Positions 18,625-25,100 of a stretch of 27,950 nucleotides of DNA are shown one piece after another. This DNA comes from a virus. Lineage: Duplodnaviria > Caudoviricetes. Position 1 is the first letter of the stretch. Every line of letters begins with the position of its first letter. Under the pieces are notes generated by a model, which was given only the letters and a program-made list of their open reading frames with translations, made no database searches and was not told where the DNA came from. Position numbers and translations under genes: made by a program. The DNA lies in IMG/VR virus record IMGVR_UViG_3300032462_002418, positions 1 to 27,950 of that record. One strand, given 5' to 3'.

Positions 18625-18661
18625 TTAGTTGCGTTGGCGCTCACCAATTTTGGCTTACTAT
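18625..18661 (+). promoter_or_regulatory. Putative promoter TTAGTTGC-N23-TACTAT upstream of the giant ORF
   Basis: 8-nt box identical to 4313-4320 (minus strand), same 23-nt spacer, -10 ends 28 nt before the ATG. Confidence 0.55.
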
Positions 18662-18689
18662 TTAAAACAGCCTTAACGAATGGTGACAA

Positions 18690-19193
18690 ATGAATCAAGA
18701 AATAAAATACAAATCTGGAACTGGTCAGGTCAACATTGACGAAGCCACGGGGATTGTTGAGTGTTTCGTAGCCGGTATCGGCAATAAGGATTCCGTTGGT
18801 GACATCGTAATCAGTGGTGCGTTTGCCAAAAGCCTCACCAGGCGCAAGCCAAGAGTCGTGTGGGGTCACAGTTGGAACGACCCAATCGGCAAAGTTCTTG
18901 AAATGTACGAAGTTCCACTGGGCGACCCGCGCCTTCCAGCCAAAATGAGAGATGCCGGCGTAGGCGGACTGTATGCAAAAGTCCAGTTTAACCTTAACTC
19001 CGAAAAAGGCAAAGAAGCATTTGCAAGCGTCGCTTTTTTCGGCGAAGACCAAGAATGGTCAATTGGTTATAAGACACTTGACTCAATTTTTGATGCCAAT
19101 CTGCAAGCAAATGTGCTTAAAGAGGTTGAACTTTACGAGGTTTCTCCCGTGCTCCATGGGGCCAATCACCTAACTGGCACAATTTCCATCAAA
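18690..19193 (+). other. HK97-type prohead protease domain (peptidase S78-like), aa 1-168 of the giant ORF
   Basis: DSVGDIVISGAF, VVWGHSWNDPIGK (catalytic His), EWSIGY (catalytic Ser), LYEVSPVLHGAN. Lies directly after the portal. Confidence 0.92.
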
Positions 19194-22100
19194 CACGCCG
19201 AGGAGACCCCATTAGTGACGGGGAATCCGTTCGCCAGCATGCTGCGGATGATTTCACCAGAACAGATGCCCCGCATTATTGCAGTGCCAGCGTCTACGGA
19301 AGGCGAAGAAAACGGAGAAGAGGATATTTTCTCGGAAGGACTGGCTCAAAAACTTTCAAAGGAGCAGCAGGGTAAAATTCAGCAAGAACTGTCAGAGCGG
19401 ACCAACTCACAAGTAGAAATTATTTCAGCAACGGAAGGTTCGTTGATTTTCAAGCGCACCGAGGACAGCGGAAAAACATCAACATTCAGAGTTGGCTATC
19501 ACACGCCAGATAATTATGAAACATTTATGTTTGGCAAACCAGAGGCCTATACATCTGTCGTAAAACCAGAAGTAGAGCAAAACATCGTGACAAAGCCAAA
19601 CCCAGACGAATTAGTCGTTGTGCCAAATGCGGGTGCGGCATACAGAAATGATGACGAAGACGAAATGAGTTCGTTGCTTGATGCTGTTAGTTCATCGTAC
19701 GGGAAATCTGCCGTTACACACTTGATTGAGTTACCGCAATATGCCATTAAGGATGCACTATCAATGTTGGAACCGGTTTTTCAATATCACAAACTGGAGA
19801 CATACACGTCCGATAAGGGAATTGGTATCAACGGCGTTGTGTCCGCGCAAGCGATGGATGCACTTCAGACAGCAGTTAAGGCCATTGGTCAAACAATCGG
19901 ACAGACCGCTGGAACATTGCGGACAATAGCGCAAGGATTCAACCCCAATGCAATTGACGGTGATGCTGACGGTTTCGCGCAAGACAACACTGCATTCATG
20001 CGCCCTTACATCCCCATCAAGAAACCCAATGTTGACCTACCTGATGTCGGCGGGAAGAAACGCAATGCCACGGAGTTACTGGACAAGCCAACAATAGACA
20101 CGGGTCCAAAATCAACCGTTGACCCCGCAACACTCGCTGGTCAACCGCGTCAAAGGGCATTGGCTGCCGGGACACTACAGCCACGGACGCGCGAAGACAT
20201 GATGTTCCTTGCTGACAGGCGACCACTAAACGCTGGTCTTGCCAAGTACTGGGACATGAACGATTCTGAATTAAATCTTGCGGGTCAAAGGTTACTTAGC
20301 ACCCGTCGCTCAACTGGCGCCGAGGGTCGTGATGCCGTTGATACCGAATTATATAAGGTCTCGCATGAGTTTGCCCGTAGAACTTCCTATGAACAGCAAT
20401 TCGGCAAAAAGTTTGTTCCACCAAAGAGTGCAGCCGCTCCCACAAAGTCGCCGGTACGGGAAGATGCTCCGAAGCCAGTAACGAAACCCGAAACCATTGC
20501 CGCCCGCAAACTGCGCGCCGAACTCGACCAGGAGGAAGAGGACGCCCTAGACGATGACGACAATTACCGAGACAGTCTTGACGAAGATGATGGGGGTGCC
20601 TCACTTCTTGATGGTGACGATTTTGCTTCACGTGGCGATGATAAACCCAAGTACAGCATTGACACGTACAACGCATTCAACGATGCGGTCCGTGACTTGA
20701 GCGAATTGCCAATGACCGATGAACATGAAGACCGGATTTCGGATTTCATAGAAGAAGCAGCGGCGAATATTGCCCCCAAGGACCGTCACCTTACGTCATC
20801 CCCCTTCTATATCGAATACATGCGCGAGGAAGCCATTGCCTCGTTGCTGGGAGATGTCCAATCAGCAGACGACCCATCTTTCCACTACCCCGACATCGCC
20901 GATGCCTGGATTGAAGCCAACATTGCAGATGTAGAACCAGACGACGGATTTGCTTCAGCTGGCAAAAAGAGCTCGTGGGGTGAAATTCTAAGAGCGCAAC
21001 ACCCCGACTTAGAGCGCAATATGGTGGCCCAAGCACTGCGTTCAAGCTTCATGGACGACAAGAACAATAGGTCCCGAATTTTGAGAATGAATGACGAGGA
21101 CCACGCAGACTTCAACAACATGGTGCGCAACGAAGCCCAGAGCATAGTTGATTACCACAACGCAAACGATGAGGGTAATGTCCGCACGGCAACCCTTCCG
21201 GACCATATTACACAAATGATTGATAAGTACGAAAAATCTTTGACGAATTACGAACCAGATGAGGGTCTTGGTTCACGCACTGATACAACGCCGTTTGATA
21301 AAATTGACACAGAGTTCAGCGGGGCACTTGACGGCGCTCACTACGATGCCCAAAACCAAGAATTGCATGTCGGTTTTAAGCGCACGGATGGCCCAACAAG
21401 TTGGTACACATATTCAGGGGTAACCCAAAAAGAAGTTGATGCACTTCACGATTCAAACTCTAAGGGCAGAGAAATTAACAAAATTAAGGGCAAGCACGAT
21501 GTAGAAAAAGCCCGCCCAGAAACCATTGACAAGATTACGAGCCCGCCAAAGGCGAAGTCCCCCATTGAACCAATAGATGTCGCGGATAGCAAGGCTCTTG
21601 CTTCCGCCCATTACGATTCGGGCGCTCAGGAGCTTGTAGTTACCTACAACGGGCCCGACGGAGAACCGGGCGGAACATATATTTACGAAGGTGTAACACA
21701 AGCAGATGCGGATGCATTTGACAGTGCTCCGTCTAAGGGTCGTGCAATTAATGAAATCAAGCGCACCAAAGCATTCCGTAAAGCCAATGCCGATGAGGTT
21801 GAAACCAGAGAATCAGCGCCATCGTTGGACTGGGCTTCAGCGGACCCAGACGACAACACAATAGAGAGTGGCTCTGGGTTATCGTACGAAATTCAAGAAA
21901 TAAGCTACGGCGGCGAGTTCAATGTCCGTGTCGGCAAGCGCACAAACAGTTATGCCGATGGACCCGGGTTTGATGAAATAGAAGAATCACCGACATTCAC
22001 GAGCAGGGAAGCCGCTCAGAGTTGGGCCGAAAGATACGACCACGAGGTTGTCCTCAGTGAACAACGAGCCGACAAACTCGCAGATGGGCGCACCGAAAAG

Positions 22101-25100
22101 ATTGATGTCTCACGCAGTTCTGCTTTGGAAAAAGCATCATGGAACGACCGCGACCAGGAACTGACGGTTAAGTACCGTGGCGGCGGAACCTACGTTTACG
22201 AGGGCGTGACCGAAGACGATTTTGATGACCTGAATACTGCCAAGAGCAAGGGCGCGGCAATCAACAGAATCAAGAAAACGCACACCTTCCGCAAGGCCGA
22301 TGAAGGTCTTGCTTCGCGCGGCGATGGTATGCCCCCGCAAAGTTATTTTGAGCCGCCCGACTACGACGAAGTAGAAGTAACTGATGACGACATGGACGAT
22401 TACTTTGAGAATAATGTCTACGGTATGGATGACGGAGAAAATGAGTTCCTAACGCGTTACTTCTCTGGTGGTCAACTTGGCACGGGGATTGCACCACTGG
22501 ATACTGAATCCGACCCTTACATGGAAGTGCTATTTGATAAGCGCCCCGACTACAAAACCACGGATAGGGCGCTTGTAGAAAAGCGCATCGCTGAGTTCCA
22601 ATCGTATCTTGAAGAGGGTCGACGGCGTTCGTACCGTGCCAATCTTGAAAGAAAGAAAAATCCAGATAAATACGAACAGGCGTACCAGGATTGGCTGGAT
22701 GCATCCGTTGACCCCGATGATGTTGGGCAGTATCTCGCTGATAACCCGGAGGAATACGACGGCGGTTTCGGTTCACGTGGCTTTGGTCGCGCTTATGACG
22801 AGCCACCAGATGACTATGATTTTAATAATGACGACTACGAGGAATACTTTTTTGACAGAGTTTATGACGGAAACGGTTCGGTTCTACGTGAATCGGAGGA
22901 TGAATTTCTAACGCGTTATTTCTCCGGCGGTGAACTTGGCATTCTTAATGCCGCCGATGAGACCGACCTGGGTTATATGGAAGAACTCCATAATAAGCGC
23001 CCTGACTACAAAACTACGGATAGGGCGCTTGCAGAAAAGCGCGTTGCCGAATTCCGTTCATACGTTGACAAAATAAATACACGGGATGCATTTTCTAATC
23101 CAGAAATGGAGAAGGCTTTCCGCGATTATTTCAATCGAGTAACCGATGCTGCGGACTACGACGATTTGATGGAGGTCGTAGAACGTAGGGGTGGGCGTAG
23201 CCGCTACGATAGTTTCGGTTCACGTGCATCAACGGAACAGTGGCCGACACCGTACGGCGATGAGCCAAGTGAATTCAACACCCGGGAAACACTAAGCCAA
23301 ATCGGCCGAGGAAATCTCGGGGCAATTTCTGGCGGGCGCACAAAGATGCGTGGCAATGAAATGGTTCTTCCTGTCAACAAGGACCAACAGGTAATTGTTG
23401 GATATAACGGCGGCGCTGATACTTATTACGTGCGCGCAGAAAAGATTATAAATAGCGGCAAGGACAAGGGTAAGAACCGTGTTCTCGCACAATGGAACGA
23501 TGTTTATGCCGAAGATGTCGGTGAAACCGCCTACAACGCTTCCCTGAGACCAGAATACCTAAGCGATGACAACAAAACTTTCTGGGAGCCAGCCCTAAGC
23601 GGTTCGGCTATTAACAAATTGGTTGACAAGCAAACGGGCAAATATTACGGCGCAGACGATGATGGTTTTGCCTCACGCGAGAGCATCCAAATCGACGAAA
23701 ATATACTTGACTTTAACGAACTTGACCGCGACACACAACGCGATTGGTTGCAGGACTATTACGAAGAGTTCGGAGGACTACCCCCAAGTAATCGGAACCA
23801 TGATTCGGATGCCGCGGAGGAAGAGTGGAATCGGATAGCGCAGAAAGAGCGCAGTGCGATAGCCGAGGAAATTCTTGCAAGGGTTGATGCTTTGCGTGCA
23901 GAAGGGGCTGACGAAGGTAATCCATTCCAGAAAAACGGCAACATACTTTATGTAGAGGAACTCGTCAAAAATGTCACGAATGTTGAATCGTCTCAAATTT
24001 ATGAGGCACTAGAAATACTTGAACGCTTTGATAATGCAGGCGAGGGTTTCGCCTCACGTGGCAAGAAAAAATGGGACGACCTATCTAGCGATGAGCGCTG
24101 GAACTTAACAGAGAGCCAGTTTGAGGAAGCAGAACGAATTCGGTTTGAGGAACTCTTTGACGAGGGGTGGCCCGACGACGAGATGACCGACAGGATGGAT
24201 AGTCCCCGCCTGACCGAAATTGCAGAAGAACTCGCAGAAGCCGCTTATGATAAAGACGGCGGCGGTTTCGCCTCACGTGGCAACACGTCTCCTGGTAACA
24301 GATTTGACAAACAACATTACGATGAATTCAGCAACCTCTTAGAAGAGGGCGGGATTACTAGCCTGCCCGTCAGCGATGACAATGTTTGGGATGCACTCAA
24401 CGAACGGGTTATGAGCTACGGAACAACTGGTAGTCGGCGAGATAAATGGAACGAAGCTGAACGCGACCTTATTAGACAAATGTCCAGTGACCAGAATAAC
24501 GGTAAAGACGTAATATCGGAATACAGAGACATCGTTGATGCTTGGCTTGCCGATAAATACCCGGACGATGATAAATTGCCGTTTTTCAAGGACGAAGAAC
24601 CTCTTGACCTTGACAGAGATGCATTCACGGAGCGGGCAAATCGTGAGGGCTTGGCCTCGCGTGGTGCACGCCGTTCAACTGCCGAAATGCTTGATGAGTC
24701 ACGCAATCTTATTGAAGACCCGTCTCGTTTCCGCAAGCGCGGTTACGAACTCACCGAACTAAATGATGCCGACAATGCACAACGCGGTCTTGACGGACTT
24801 CTTGAATACCGCAAACAATTAATTGAAGCACGCAACCGCGCCGCTGATGAGATGGGGACGGCAAATGGATACAACGGTCCACCGCGCGGTAAAAACTCGC
24901 GTAATTACGACATCATTGAGCAAATTGCGGCCGGCGATGACGATGATTGGACCCTGCTAGACGAGTATGGGTCTGCAATCCAAGCCGCTGATGATGTACT
25001 TGATAAGTACCGCGCAGACCAACAGTTGGCGAGAGACAGAGAAGAACACTCATCGGGAATCTGGAGCGAGTTGCAGAAGCACGGAAGGGCGAATGTTGAC

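Noticed and set aside
21996-22010. PTFTSRE as an additional linker (also AGLGGR near 26346)
   Set aside because: Each departs from the consensus at key positions, and FTSREAAQSWAE looks like part of a folded domain; not counted among the 16.
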